Positions 29,599 through 40,036 of a stretch of 64,000 bases of DNA are shown here, one piece after another (positions within the stretch are counted from its first letter, which is position 1; the number at the start of each line of letters is the position of its first letter). Both the position numbers and the translations under genes were made by a program. The notes below the pieces were generated by a model. That model was not told where the DNA came from. It searched no databases and saw nothing but the letters and a program-made list of their open reading frames with translations. The stretch spans positions 64,885-128,884 of the forward strand of contig JBDRLN010000066.1 of NCBI GenBank assembly GCA_043812955.1. The letters run 5' to 3'. Origin of the DNA: Candidatus Omnitrophota bacterium. Its GTDB lineage: Bacteria; Omnitrophota; Gorgyraeia; Gygaellales; Profunditerraquicolaceae.

Positions 29599-31105
29599 CC
29601 AGCCTAAACAGCACGTAACAGCCAGCAAAGACCGCATTCCTTTTTTTCAAAAAGCTATATACAGCATAGGGGCATTTGCGAATACTGCTCAGGCTGCTTT
29701 TATTGGGCAGATGGTTATTGTTTTGAACCTCGGATTAGGCGTGAACCCGGCTTTAGTCGGCTTGGTGGGAGCCATTCCCCGTATCGTTGATGCCATATCA
29801 GATCCCATAACCGGGTACTATTCTGATAATCTGCGCTCCCGCTGGGGCAGACGTAAGCCGGTTATATTTTTGGGGGCGATTAGTGGGGGGATTTTATACG
29901 CATTGATGTTCCAGCTCTATAAGGGACATAGCGAAATGTATTATTTCTGGTATTTTTTAATATTCCAAATTTTCTATTTCATTGGATTCACCTGTTTTTC
30001 CATCCCCTGGATTGCGCTCGGCTATGAAATGACGCCTGATTATCATGAGCGGACCCGGTTGCAGGCGGCTAGCAATTTTGTCGGTCAATTACCCTGGCTT
30101 ATCGCACCCTGGTGCTGGGCCATTATGCACAACCGGGCGTGGTTCCTGGATATCGTTGTTGGCGGGCGAGTCCTGGCCGTCATCATCGGTGCCGTTATAA
30201 TCGGGTGCGGCATACTCCCGGCCATCTTCAATAAAGAATTCTTCCATACTTTGCCAAGACCTGATGTCAGGGGCGCTTGGAATGTGATGAAAGACTTCTT
30301 TAAAGGGGCCCTCATCACTCTTAAATGTAAGCCGTTCGTCAAGCTTTGCGTGGCCACCCTGCTGATCTTTGGCGGATTCATGTGTGCGTCAGCTTTTACC
30401 CTTTATGTTGTTTTCTTCTATGTCTTCAAGAACGCTCCCATGCTTGATCAAGCCTATGCAAAAGGCGGTTTATTACTCGGCCTCTTTGGAACATTCAGCG
30501 CTATCTGTACTCTGGGCGTCATTTCTTTAACCACATGGCTATCCAGAAAGCTCGGAAAAAGAAACACATTTTTTGTCACTATCCCTATTTCGATCCTAGG
30601 TTACGCCTTGAAATGGATAGGGTATAATCCTGATCATCCCTATTTGCTATTCATTGCCGCTCCATTTATCACCTTCGGCTTAGGGTCGCTTTTTACGCTG
30701 ATGAACTCTATGGTTGCCGATGTTTGCGATGTTGACGAACTTCAAACCTCCACCCGGCGCGAAGGTATGTTCAGTGCCGTGTATTGGTGGATGGTTAAAC
30801 TGGGAGTAGCGCTGTCATCACTTATCTCTGGATTACTTATCAACGCAACCGGTTTTCACCAAGAGTTGGGCTTGGCTCAAGCATCCGGAACTTTATTGTG
30901 GATGAGAATCTATGATATCGGTATTCCTATTGTGACCTCTATAGGCGCTATTTTCATTATCTGGACTTTTGACATATCGGAAGCGAGGGCGCATGAAGTT
31001 CGCATGCAAGTCGAAAGACGAAGAGAGGAAAGGCGAAAAACAGATGAGCTAGAAGCGCTGAGGCTGGAAGAAGAAAGGCGAAGAAGGGAAAGAAGGAAAG
31101 AGTAG
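29582..31105 (+). CDS. GPH-family (MelB-like) glycoside:cation symporter
   Basis: DAISDPITGYYSD, RWGRRKP, ERTRL, MVADVCD, RREG. Confidence 0.9.
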   Translation: MEKAVSQPKQHVTASKDRIPFFQKAIYSIGAFANTAQAAFIGQMVIVLNLGLGVNPALVGLVGAIPRIVDAISDPITGYYSDNLRSRWGRRKPVIFLGAISGGILYALMFQLYKGHSEMYYFWYFLIFQIFYFIGFTCFSIPWIALGYEMTPDYHERTRLQAASNFVGQLPWLIAPWCWAIMHNRAWFLDIVVGGRVLAVIIGAVIIGCGILPAIFNKEFFHTLPRPDVRGAWNVMKDFFKGALITLKCKPFVKLCVATLLIFGGFMCASAFTLYVVFFYVFKNAPMLDQAYAKGGLLLGLFGTFSAICTLGVISLTTWLSRKLGKRNTFFVTIPISILGYALKWIGYNPDHPYLLFIAAPFITFGLGSLFTLMNSMVADVCDVDELQTSTRREGMFSAVYWWMVKLGVALSSLISGLLINATGFHQELGLAQASGTLLWMRIYDIGIPIVTSIGAIFIIWTFDISEARAHEVRMQVERRREERRKTDELEALRLEEERRRRERRKE

Positions 31106-31117
31106 GTTAGTGTTGCC

Positions 31118-32002
31118 ATGAAGATCAAAGATACTCTTGAAAATTACGTGTTCGTATTACCGGCAGTAATTATCTTTACGATTTTCTATATCGTCCCGTT
31201 TTTTTGGATTTTCCAGCTGGGGATGTTTGATTGGGATGGCATCCTCCCGACTAAGATTTTTATCGGCTTTGACAATTTTAAGGAGATTTTTACCCTTGAT
31301 AAAAGCTGGTGGCAGGCGATGGGGAATGCCGGATACATCACCCTGATCGCCCTGACCTTCCAGAACGCCATAGCTTTTTTACTAGCTTTAGCCTGCGACC
31401 GAGAAATCCGGATGAAGAACTGGTACAAGGTGATTTTCTTTATCCCGCCTATACTTTCAGAGATAGTGGTAGGTATGGCCTGGAGGTTTATCATCAGCGA
31501 TGTGGGAGGCGCTAACCTGGTCAACCGTTTTCTTATAGCTAGCGGGTTCCCGCAGCTCGTGCGCAACTGGCTCTCAGACCCTAAGACCGCCTTGACTACT
31601 GTCGCTATAGTGCACTGTTGGAAGGGTTTTGGTTTTGGATTTCTCATCTTTCTTGCCGGGCTACAAACCATCCCTAAAGAATTGTGCGAGGCCGCCCGGG
31701 TTGACGGGGCCAATGCCTGGCAATCGTTTTGGCGCATAACCCTGCCGCTAATGATGCCGGTGGCGGTGCTGGTTGCGATACTGACTATTTTGGGTACGAT
31801 GCAGGCATTCGTGCTGATCATCGGTTTGGTTGGCGGTGAAATGGCCGGCCATACCTCGGTGCCGGTCTTACGCATCCTGGCTTCGATGCGCGATTCATCC
31901 AGGTTCGGATACGCCTGCGCCCAGGGCATCACCTTCGGCGCGGTGCTAGTAGCGATCTCTTTCATGCAGCTCAGGTTATCGAGGAAGTACAGGAGTGCGT
32001 AG
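31118..32002 (+). CDS. Sugar ABC permease (MalF type)
   Basis: FLAGLQTIP..EAARVDGA EAA motif. Confidence 0.92.
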   Translation: MKIKDTLENYVFVLPAVIIFTIFYIVPFFWIFQLGMFDWDGILPTKIFIGFDNFKEIFTLDKSWWQAMGNAGYITLIALTFQNAIAFLLALACDREIRMKNWYKVIFFIPPILSEIVVGMAWRFIISDVGGANLVNRFLIASGFPQLVRNWLSDPKTALTTVAIVHCWKGFGFGFLIFLAGLQTIPKELCEAARVDGANAWQSFWRITLPLMMPVAVLVAILTILGTMQAFVLIIGLVGGEMAGHTSVPVLRILASMRDSSRFGYACAQGITFGAVLVAISFMQLRLSRKYRSA

Positions 32003-32059
32003 GGAGTCAAAGAGTTCATAGTTCGTAGTGCGTAGTTAAAGCAAAAAGGTTTTAAGATC

Positions 32060-32908
32060 ATGAGAGTATTTGCATATTACACTACTAAAAAGGTCACTAT
32101 TAATCTGTTCATCCATTTATTCCTGTTCAGCGTGGCCTTGATTTGCCTTTATCCGCTTTTATGGATGGTCCTGGCGAGTTTAAAGACCCAGCAGACTATT
32201 TTTAGCGATATCTGGGTCATTCCGCGCCAATTCCATTTTGAGAATTATGTTAACGCTTGGAAAGAAGGCGGCTTCGGCCGCAATTTTTTAAACAGCATTT
32301 TTTACACAACCTTGGTGGTCGTGGGAATAGTGTTTATTTCCTCGCTGGCTGCCTATGCCTTTGCTCGGATGAGATTTCCCGGTAGGAACGTCCTGTTCAT
32401 AATCTTCATGGCGGCGATGATGATTCCTATTCCTGGCAGTTTTGTCGCCCTTTACGTACTTTTGAATAAACTGCATCTGCGTAACACGCCCGTAGGCTAT
32501 ATTCTATGCATGATCAATGTTGGTCTCTCCACCAGTATTTATCTGCTGAAGACATTCTTTGATAAGATGCCTCAGGAGTTTGAGGATGCCGCGCGTATTG
32601 ACGGTTGTTCCAAGATCGGGCTCTGGTGGCACGTTGCAATGCCATTGGCAAAACCGGCCTTGGCAGTTGTGGTCGTGTTCAACGCGCTCAATGTCTGGAA
32701 TGAATATATCCTGGCTATGATCATTTTTGATTCGCGTAAACTTATGCCGCTTCAGGTCGCCTTGAAGTCATTCCAGGGCGAGTTCGTCACCAATTACCCG
32801 CTTTTGATGGCCGGGCTGACCATTACCGCCATGCCGATTATAATAGTATATATATTAATGCAGAAATATATTATTAAAGGGGTTACTCAGGGAGCGTTAG
32901 TAGGATGA
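32060..32908 (+). CDS. Sugar ABC permease (MalG type)
   Basis: EDAARIDG, WNEY, QKYIIKG. Confidence 0.92.
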   Translation: MRVFAYYTTKKVTINLFIHLFLFSVALICLYPLLWMVLASLKTQQTIFSDIWVIPRQFHFENYVNAWKEGGFGRNFLNSIFYTTLVVVGIVFISSLAAYAFARMRFPGRNVLFIIFMAAMMIPIPGSFVALYVLLNKLHLRNTPVGYILCMINVGLSTSIYLLKTFFDKMPQEFEDAARIDGCSKIGLWWHVAMPLAKPALAVVVVFNALNVWNEYILAMIIFDSRKLMPLQVALKSFQGEFVTNYPLLMAGLTITAMPIIIVYILMQKYIIKGVTQGALVG

Positions 32909-35241
32909 TTAATTTAGTTATCGGTTATCGGTTGTCGGTTATCGGGTTAAAAAAGATTTTGAAAATTTCCTTACTGTTATTTATTACGGTTTACGGTTTA
33001 CAGTTTACAGCTTATAGCTTATTTGCTGAAGATAAGCCATCTTCCGGTGAATTGATCAGTAAATCCTGGGATGCCCACGGTAAAAAAGATATCGAGAATA
33101 CCTTTAAATATACCCAGCAATGTATAGATTTATATAAGGATATTGCTGATAGAGAGCAGGTTTCTTTAAGGGCCTTACCTAAGAATAAGGATGAGATTGA
33201 GAGGGTGAATATCTTAAATGATGTGGCTACGGCTTATTTTATCCAGGCCGAGTCTTATATGCGCCAGGGTAGGCCTGAGGAATCCAAAAAAATATTTAAG
33301 ATAATTATTGATAATTACTATTATGCCCAGGCCTGGGATCAGTTTGGTTGGTATTGGCAGGTAGCCGAGATAGCCAAAAAGAGTATTCAGAAGATAGAGA
33401 CCGGTTCTATCGAGATAGAAGAAAAGAAGAAAGAAGTCAGCCAGTTGGTTACAAAAATAATCCTTTATGATCCGGGCAAGGAATTTATCGTCAACTATGA
33501 CAAATATGGGGAATTCAGAGATATAGGGACTAAGGGTTACCGGTATATTATTAAAAACCAGGAAGGTTTGTCCCAAGCTGTTGGTGAAGCAATCTATCCC
33601 AATACTACATCTATAAGGTGGGACCCGGAGTTTAAAAAGGCTAATAAAGAAAAGAGGTTGCAAGGTAACCTTTGGGATTTTGTCTATTCTCCTGACCTGG
33701 AGGCTGCTTTTTTAAAATGGGCTATGTCTTCCGAGCCGCAAGGAGTAAAATTATTCTATACCGGGCTGATGCTTGAGAAATCCGGTTTGATAGAACAGGC
33801 TATTAAATGTTACTATGCTATAGTAGTACATTTCCCGGGATCTTATGGTTGGACTTATTTTAAGACTCCTTGGTATGTCGGCCAGGCTGCCATAGCAAAA
33901 ATAAATTTTTTATTACACCGTAATCCCCAATTAAGCTACAAATTAGTTGATGCCGATATCAATATAATCAATGGTTATGATAATGATGTGGCTAATGATA
34001 CTGTGATTACTAATCCGGGTAGATTTGTTAAGGTTAATCTTTTAGATAAAATCAGGCCTAAACCGGCTGTGGAGGATCTAAGTATTAAGAGGCGGTTAGG
34101 CAAGGGGAAGGTGAGACTTATCCAATACGAGACCGGCGACTGGCAGCTTTTAGTTGAAGATAAGCCGTTTGTGATCAAGGCAGTGACCTATGCTCCGACT
34201 ACAATAGGTCAATCTCCTCATGAGGGGACATTAGGCAATTGGATGGATGAGGATTCTAATCATAACGGAAAGATCGATGGGCCTTATGATGCCTTTTGGG
34301 ATAAGAATAAAAATAATATCCAGGATCCGGATGAACCGGCCTCCGGTGATTTTAAATTAATGCAGGATATGGGGGTTAATGCCGTCAGGTTGTATCATCA
34401 TCCCAACCGGGTCAATAAAGAACTTTTAAGAGACCTTTACAGAAATTATGGTATAATGGTGATAATGGGGGATTACCTGGGTGTTTACGCGCTTGGTTCA
34501 GGCGCGCCTTGGAATCCGGGCACGGATTATAATAACCCCGAGCATAAAAAGAACATGACTGAATCCGTGACCAATATGGTCATGGAGTTTAAGGATGAGC
34601 CGTATATATTATTCTGGCTTCTGGGAAATGAGAATGTCTATGGGGTGGCCTGTAATGCCAAGGCCAACCCGGATGCCTTTTATAAGTTTGCTGACGATAC
34701 GGCTAAGTTAATTAAATCTCTGGATCCCGAACATCCGGTAGCTCTTAGTAATGGAGATGTTTTTTATCTGGATAAATTTGCCAAGGATGCCCCGGATATT
34801 GATATCTTTGGGGCTAATGCCTATCGCGGGAATTACGGATTCGGGGCTTTATGGAGGCAGGTAAGGGTATTAACCGATCGACCGGCTTTTATTACCGAAT
34901 TCGGTTGTTCGGCTTTTGCCAAAGGTAAGTCCGAAGACGAATCTGAAATGCTTCAGGCTGAATATCACCGCGGCTCTTGGGAGGATATTCAGAATAATAT
35001 AGCTTTTGCTGGCGGTGCCGGTAATGCCTTAGGCGGTATCATCTTTGAATGGCTGGATGAGTGGTGGAAAGGCTATGAACCTTCGATCCATGATAAAAAA
35101 GGCTTGTGGATAGGGCCGTTTCCCGATGGTACTATGTATGAAGAGTGGCTTGGCCTTTGCAGTCAAGGTGAAGGTAAGCTTAGCCCTTTTTTGCGCCAGT
35201 TAAGAAAGTCTTATTTTATGTATAAAGAAATGTGGAAGTAA
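32905..35241 (+). CDS. Secreted TPR-like plus GH-A clan (GH2-like) TIM-barrel glycosidase
   Basis: MGVNAVRLY, WLLGNEN (acid/base), ITEFG (nucleophile), FEWLDEWWK. Confidence 0.8.
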   Translation: MINLVIGYRLSVIGLKKILKISLLLFITVYGLQFTAYSLFAEDKPSSGELISKSWDAHGKKDIENTFKYTQQCIDLYKDIADREQVSLRALPKNKDEIERVNILNDVATAYFIQAESYMRQGRPEESKKIFKIIIDNYYYAQAWDQFGWYWQVAEIAKKSIQKIETGSIEIEEKKKEVSQLVTKIILYDPGKEFIVNYDKYGEFRDIGTKGYRYIIKNQEGLSQAVGEAIYPNTTSIRWDPEFKKANKEKRLQGNLWDFVYSPDLEAAFLKWAMSSEPQGVKLFYTGLMLEKSGLIEQAIKCYYAIVVHFPGSYGWTYFKTPWYVGQAAIAKINFLLHRNPQLSYKLVDADINIINGYDNDVANDTVITNPGRFVKVNLLDKIRPKPAVEDLSIKRRLGKGKVRLIQYETGDWQLLVEDKPFVIKAVTYAPTTIGQSPHEGTLGNWMDEDSNHNGKIDGPYDAFWDKNKNNIQDPDEPASGDFKLMQDMGVNAVRLYHHPNRVNKELLRDLYRNYGIMVIMGDYLGVYALGSGAPWNPGTDYNNPEHKKNMTESVTNMVMEFKDEPYILFWLLGNENVYGVACNAKANPDAFYKFADDTAKLIKSLDPEHPVALSNGDVFYLDKFAKDAPDIDIFGANAYRGNYGFGALWRQVRVLTDRPAFITEFGCSAFAKGKSEDESEMLQAEYHRGSWEDIQNNIAFAGGAGNALGGIIFEWLDEWWKGYEPSIHDKKGLWIGPFPDGTMYEEWLGLCSQGEGKLSPFLRQLRKSYFMYKEMWK

Positions 35242-35451
35242 GTGAGCGCATTAGGATTGGGATATTTGGGCTATAACAGCGCACCTTTTTATATTAAGAT
35301 TTTGACTTGAGAAGCACGAATAAATAAAAGGTGCTGAGTTATCTGCTCGTTGGAGGTAGAAAGGAGGCGGTAGGCAGGATTTTCTCTGCTTGAAATATAA
35401 ATTTTAATTATATAGCATAATCAAAATTACCTTAAAAGGAGGCGGTTAAAA

Positions 35452-36612
35452 ATGAAAAAAATCATATTAGCGCTAATTGTAGTGTTTGCTTGCTTAGGCG
35501 TAAGTCTTGCCCAGAACAGGGCTACTGCCGAAACAAAGGAGTTTACGGTTTACAAGGATAAAAATGCCAAAGAGAATCATTATGCCCCGTCGGGCTGGAT
35601 GGGCGATTATAATGACGTAAAACTGAATGACCAATCTGCGGATAATCCTCATTCCGGGGTCAGCTGTATACAGTTTATTTATACTGCCAAGAAATCGCAA
35701 GGCCAGGGTTGGGCCGGGGTATATTGGCAGAATCCGGCTAATAATTGGGGCGATAAAAAGGGTGGTTTTGACTTGACCGGAATGACCAAGCTGACTTTTT
35801 GGGCCAGGGGCGCTAAGGGTGGTGAGGTAATCCAGAAATTCAAAATCGGCGGGATGGGGATTGAATCTGGGAAGACCTATCCGGATTCAACCCAGGTGGA
35901 ATTTGGTCCAATCGAATTGACTAATAACTGGAAGCAATACACCATTAATCTGGCCGGAAAAGACCTTTCTTATATTAATGGGGCCTTTTCTTGGACTACC
36001 ACTGTTGATTTAAATCCCGAAGGAGCGATCTTTTATATCGATGATATTAAGTTTGAGGCTGATGCGTCGATGAAGATTGAAGGCCGCAAGCAGCAGAACA
36101 TGCCTTTTTACGTTTTTGCTGACAGGTCGTCGATCAATAATCATTTTGTTTCTTCAGGGTATATGGGCGATTACGGCGATTTAAGGTATGACGGCGCTTC
36201 CAAGGAGGATGCTTATTTAGGTGATACTTGTATTAAGATAATTTATACCGGAAAGGCTACTCAGGGTGCGCGTTGGGCAGGTATATACTGGCAGCAACCG
36301 GCTAATAACTGGGGTACTATTGATGCCGGATATGATTTATCCAAAGCCACCAAGCTTACCTTTTGGGCCCATGGGGCCAAGGGTGGGGAGCGGATTGAGG
36401 AGTTTAAGGTCGGCGGATTAATGGGCGAGTATTCTGACTCCGACACGGCAAGCGTAGGCCCAGTTATCCTGAACAAAGAGTGGACTCAGTATACGATTGA
36501 CCTTAAGGGTAAAGACATGTCCTATATTATCGGCGGATTTTGTTGGGCAACTAATAGCGACATGAATCCCGAAGGAGCTACTTTCTACCTTGATGAGATT
36601 AGATACGAATAA
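35452..36612 (+). CDS. Secreted protein with two tandem carbohydrate-binding-like domains
   Basis: Duplicated SG(W/Y)MGDY...WAG(V/I)YWQxPANNWG...TKLTFWA...YTIxLxGKD...FY(I/L)D unit. Confidence 0.75.
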   Translation: MKKIILALIVVFACLGVSLAQNRATAETKEFTVYKDKNAKENHYAPSGWMGDYNDVKLNDQSADNPHSGVSCIQFIYTAKKSQGQGWAGVYWQNPANNWGDKKGGFDLTGMTKLTFWARGAKGGEVIQKFKIGGMGIESGKTYPDSTQVEFGPIELTNNWKQYTINLAGKDLSYINGAFSWTTTVDLNPEGAIFYIDDIKFEADASMKIEGRKQQNMPFYVFADRSSINNHFVSSGYMGDYGDLRYDGASKEDAYLGDTCIKIIYTGKATQGARWAGIYWQQPANNWGTIDAGYDLSKATKLTFWAHGAKGGERIEEFKVGGLMGEYSDSDTASVGPVILNKEWTQYTIDLKGKDMSYIIGGFCWATNSDMNPEGATFYLDEIRYE

Positions 36613-37933
36613 GCCTAAAAATAGACCTACAGGTAAAGTCCATCATAAGGGCGCCAGGCCTAAAAACCTGGTGCCCTTATATCTTGGTTTAGGCCTGTGT
36701 TTTTTATTTTTGTTTATCCTTTGGGCAGCCTCTTTCAAACCTAGCCCTAAGGTTTATATTCAAAAACTCGCCGATGGCCAGTATCGTTTAATCGTCAATT
36801 CTAAGCCTTATGTGGTAAAAGGTGTTTGCTATAGCCCCGTGCCCATAGGCCAGAATCACCAGTATGACTGGTGGTCCAGCCCGTATAAACCCTGGATTGT
36901 TGACGGTAAATTGATGAAAGAGATGGGAGTTAATACAGTGCGGTTCTATCAACCCGGAGAAAATCCGGAGGCAGTTAAAAAAGTGATTCAGGATTTATAT
37001 GATAAGTATGGTATAAGGACTATCCTTGGCCACTGGTTGGGTTTTTGGGAGTATCCTTGTCCGTTTTACGGAGACGCCGATTTCCAGGATAAGGTTAAAA
37101 AAGATGTCCTGGAAATGGTTAAGAATTTAAAGGATGAGCCGGGAATCCTGATGTGGGTTTTAGGTAATGAGAATAATTATTCTTGTCTGGGTACAGTTAA
37201 TCCCTGGTCAACTGAAGAGATAGAAAAAGAGCGTGACCCCCAGAAACAAAAGGCGATGCGGGCCAAGATTTATTATTCTTTCATTAATGAATTAACCAAA
37301 GAGATTCATAAAATAGACGTTAACCATCCTGTGGCATTAGGCAATGGAGAGTTAATAGGGTTGGAATATGCTAAAGAATTCGCTTCCGATGTCGACCTGA
37401 TAGCTTGTATCATCTACCGGGGCAAGACATTCGGTAATTTGTTCAAGTCCCTGAAGGCGACTTTTGATAAACCGGTAATGTTAAGTGAATTTGGCGCAGA
37501 TAGCTACGATGCCTACCTTAAGAAAGAGGACCAGAATATGCAGGCCTTTTTCTTAGAATCACAGTGGCGTCAGATTTATCAGAATCTAGCCGGCAATAAA
37601 GATGGCGCGGGGAATTGCCTGGGCGGGGCGATGTTTGAATGGACAGATGAATGGTGGAAACATAATGAGGCTTCTACGGATGGCTGGAAGATCCATGATA
37701 CTGAATCTAACTGGTCTAACGGCAGTTATTATTTTGATATTAAAGCCGAAGATAATAAGAATATGAACGAAGAATGGTTTGGTATTGTAGCTTTGTCCGA
37801 ATCTCAAAAAGAAAGCGGCTTAAATAAGCGTATACCCCGTAAGGCCTATTATGTAATCCGCGATTTCTGGAAGAATCCGGATACCAATAACCGGAATAAA
37901 ATAACCGGAATAAAAATAAAAAAAACTAAATGA
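36593..37933 (+). CDS. Membrane-anchored GH-A clan (GH2-like) glycosidase
   Basis: MGVNTVRFY, WVLGNEN, LSEFG, FEWTDEWWK; paralog of the C-domain of 32905-35241. Confidence 0.8.
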   Translation: MRLDTNKPKNRPTGKVHHKGARPKNLVPLYLGLGLCFLFLFILWAASFKPSPKVYIQKLADGQYRLIVNSKPYVVKGVCYSPVPIGQNHQYDWWSSPYKPWIVDGKLMKEMGVNTVRFYQPGENPEAVKKVIQDLYDKYGIRTILGHWLGFWEYPCPFYGDADFQDKVKKDVLEMVKNLKDEPGILMWVLGNENNYSCLGTVNPWSTEEIEKERDPQKQKAMRAKIYYSFINELTKEIHKIDVNHPVALGNGELIGLEYAKEFASDVDLIACIIYRGKTFGNLFKSLKATFDKPVMLSEFGADSYDAYLKKEDQNMQAFFLESQWRQIYQNLAGNKDGAGNCLGGAMFEWTDEWWKHNEASTDGWKIHDTESNWSNGSYYFDIKAEDNKNMNEEWFGIVALSESQKESGLNKRIPRKAYYVIRDFWKNPDTNNRNKITGIKIKKTK

Positions 37934-37945
37934 GGCAGGAATAAT

Positions 37946-39547
37946 ATGAGGTTAGTAAAGGCTATATTGTTGTTGTTCTTTATCACGTATCTCTTATATC
38001 TTAATCCTTCATTTTCCCAGGATTCAAGTGATATTATTGGGAGAATAATTGCCTGTGGCAAGGCGGATGCCTGTTATTCTGAATTAGAGCAGCTTAAGGA
38101 CTTGAATTTTAAAAATAATAGTTACGCCCAGTTTATCCAGACCTTAAAGAATATCTCCCGGAGGAAGAAATCCCTGGAACATTATTGCGCTTATTTTATA
38201 GCCCTCGCCCGCTATCAGCAACTTAAGTATTTAGAAAGTAGCCAGATCTGGGATGAGTATTTTGGCAAAGGCGATGAGTACAGGAAAGAGTTGTCAGCGA
38301 ATCTACTAGAAGCGTTGGAAATGGTTTCGCCCGGAGAAAAAACCTATCTTTATAGCCGTCTGCTTAGGTGGCAGTTCTTTAAGGACCAGCAGGATCCGAA
38401 AGAAGAGAGGGCGTTTAATGATCTGATCAAAGCCGTAAATGAATATTCCAAAGTTTCTCAAGAAACCCAGCCGCTTAAGGATATTGGAGATAAGCTTTTA
38501 GCTTACGGTTATAAAGGCAAGTCTAAAGAAATCTACCGTCTATATGTGGAGAAAATAACTACTTCTAATATTAAAGATGAAGCGCTCTATGATATAGCTG
38601 CGGTTTTTTTTAAGGAAGGCAACCTGGAGCTGGCCCAAATAATCTATGATGTTTATATCGAAAGGATTATCAAGGCGTTACCTAAAGACCAGGCAATATC
38701 CATTCTATTTAAAATCGCCGGTGAGTTTGCTTATAAGGACACCGGCCTTAACGATGCCGTTTATGCTGAAAAGATATTTAAGAGGATAGAAAAATTAGCC
38801 GGTTTAAGCTACTTTAGCCAGGAGATGATGTATTTAAGGGCTTTTAACCTGGAAAAGTCCAAGGATTACGCAGGAGCTAAATTGGCCTATCAGGATTATA
38901 TTCAAGCCTATCCTGCCGGCAGCCGGCATAATGAGGCTGTTTTTAAATTAGGGATTATTTCTGCTTACATCTTCCGGGATATTGCCGGCGCAAAGAGTTA
39001 TTTGGAAAAGATACTGGGCTCTGTAGTAGTTAATTCTTATACTATTTCAGCCCTATACCAATTAGGGTTGCTTAATCAATGGCAGGGTGATTTGATTAAG
39101 GCCAAAGAATATTATAATAGATTAATCGAAATATCTAAGGGTAATAGTATTTTTAAGAAAGAAGCGGATTCAGCACAAGAAAGATTAAAGGAGATTGAAA
39201 ACGGCAAGCCCTTAAGCTATAATTTGAATATTCTTCTGGATGTTTCTTTGAAAGATGAATATGCTATGTTGGATACGTCCAGCTCGAGTTTAAAATCTTC
39301 TTCTTATAACCTTAAGCCGGAAGCGCAGGTCAGTCTGAATCTGGGTACCTATAAACAGGAGAGTGGCTGTAGCCCGGTAACCCTGCAATACATCTGGTCA
39401 GGAGATACAGGTAAAACTCCTCCGAATTTAGAATCAGTAGTTTTTGACACATCGTATCTTACCGCAGGAACTAAGTTTATCGGCGTAGTAATAGTCGGCC
39501 CCAGCGGTGTCATCGGCAGGAACATTGATATGATTGATGTAGAGTAG
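37946..39547 (+). CDS. Secreted TPR protein
   Basis: Signal peptide, BamD/YbgF-like TPR units (YIQAYP, ALYQLG), small beta C-domain. Confidence 0.75.
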   Translation: MRLVKAILLLFFITYLLYLNPSFSQDSSDIIGRIIACGKADACYSELEQLKDLNFKNNSYAQFIQTLKNISRRKKSLEHYCAYFIALARYQQLKYLESSQIWDEYFGKGDEYRKELSANLLEALEMVSPGEKTYLYSRLLRWQFFKDQQDPKEERAFNDLIKAVNEYSKVSQETQPLKDIGDKLLAYGYKGKSKEIYRLYVEKITTSNIKDEALYDIAAVFFKEGNLELAQIIYDVYIERIIKALPKDQAISILFKIAGEFAYKDTGLNDAVYAEKIFKRIEKLAGLSYFSQEMMYLRAFNLEKSKDYAGAKLAYQDYIQAYPAGSRHNEAVFKLGIISAYIFRDIAGAKSYLEKILGSVVVNSYTISALYQLGLLNQWQGDLIKAKEYYNRLIEISKGNSIFKKEADSAQERLKEIENGKPLSYNLNILLDVSLKDEYAMLDTSSSSLKSSSYNLKPEAQVSLNLGTYKQESGCSPVTLQYIWSGDTGKTPPNLESVVFDTSYLTAGTKFIGVVIVGPSGVIGRNIDMIDVE

Positions 39548-39660
39548 GCTAGAGAACTAGGAACAACTAGGGGTCAGGTCCCTTCTATATAACCAATTGC
39601 AGTATATACCAGTTACACACAGTCGCTTTGCACTTTTTACTATCGCTGTCTTTAATGCTT

Positions 39661-39902
39661 AAAATGCAACTGTCGAGCTGCTCGTTCAGTGAGTTATTTT
39701 AGGGTTTTGCGCTCCGCGTGCTGAATATTTTTGCCGTCTGCTGCGGTTTATGGCTCACTCCCGACAACCGTATGCTGTTAAGAGAGTCTCCGTTCGCCGT
39801 AATTCCTTGTAGACTTTTGCCAAAAATGTTCTAATGCACGTTCCGGCAAACCCCTAAAATTGTCTAGAATAATATTCATTCACATCTCGCCAGCCGCATT
39901 TT
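39661..39902 (+). other. ~240-nt imperfect rod-like hairpin (ncRNA or MITE-like)
   Basis: Nested arms aaaatgc/gcatttt, attttagggttttgc/gcaaacccctaaaat, cgtgc/gcacg, gaatatttttg/caaaaatgttc, gtctgc/gtagac, ttatggc/gccgtaa. Confidence 0.7.
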
Positions 39903-40036
39903 TATATATGCTCTAGCAAAACCGCTAAAATTTCTGCAGGTGATATTCGCTCAAAAACCCGCCAGGGTTCATCTCTTTTGAATTAATTTAATTGCGCAAC
40001 CTACTAGTTGAGTTATAATTAGCTAAAGGAGTGATC

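Noticed and set aside
17020-32061. Long antisense ORFs (17020-17871, 31186-32061) and similar ones elsewhere
   Set aside because: They shadow well-supported genes on the opposite strand and show no motifs.
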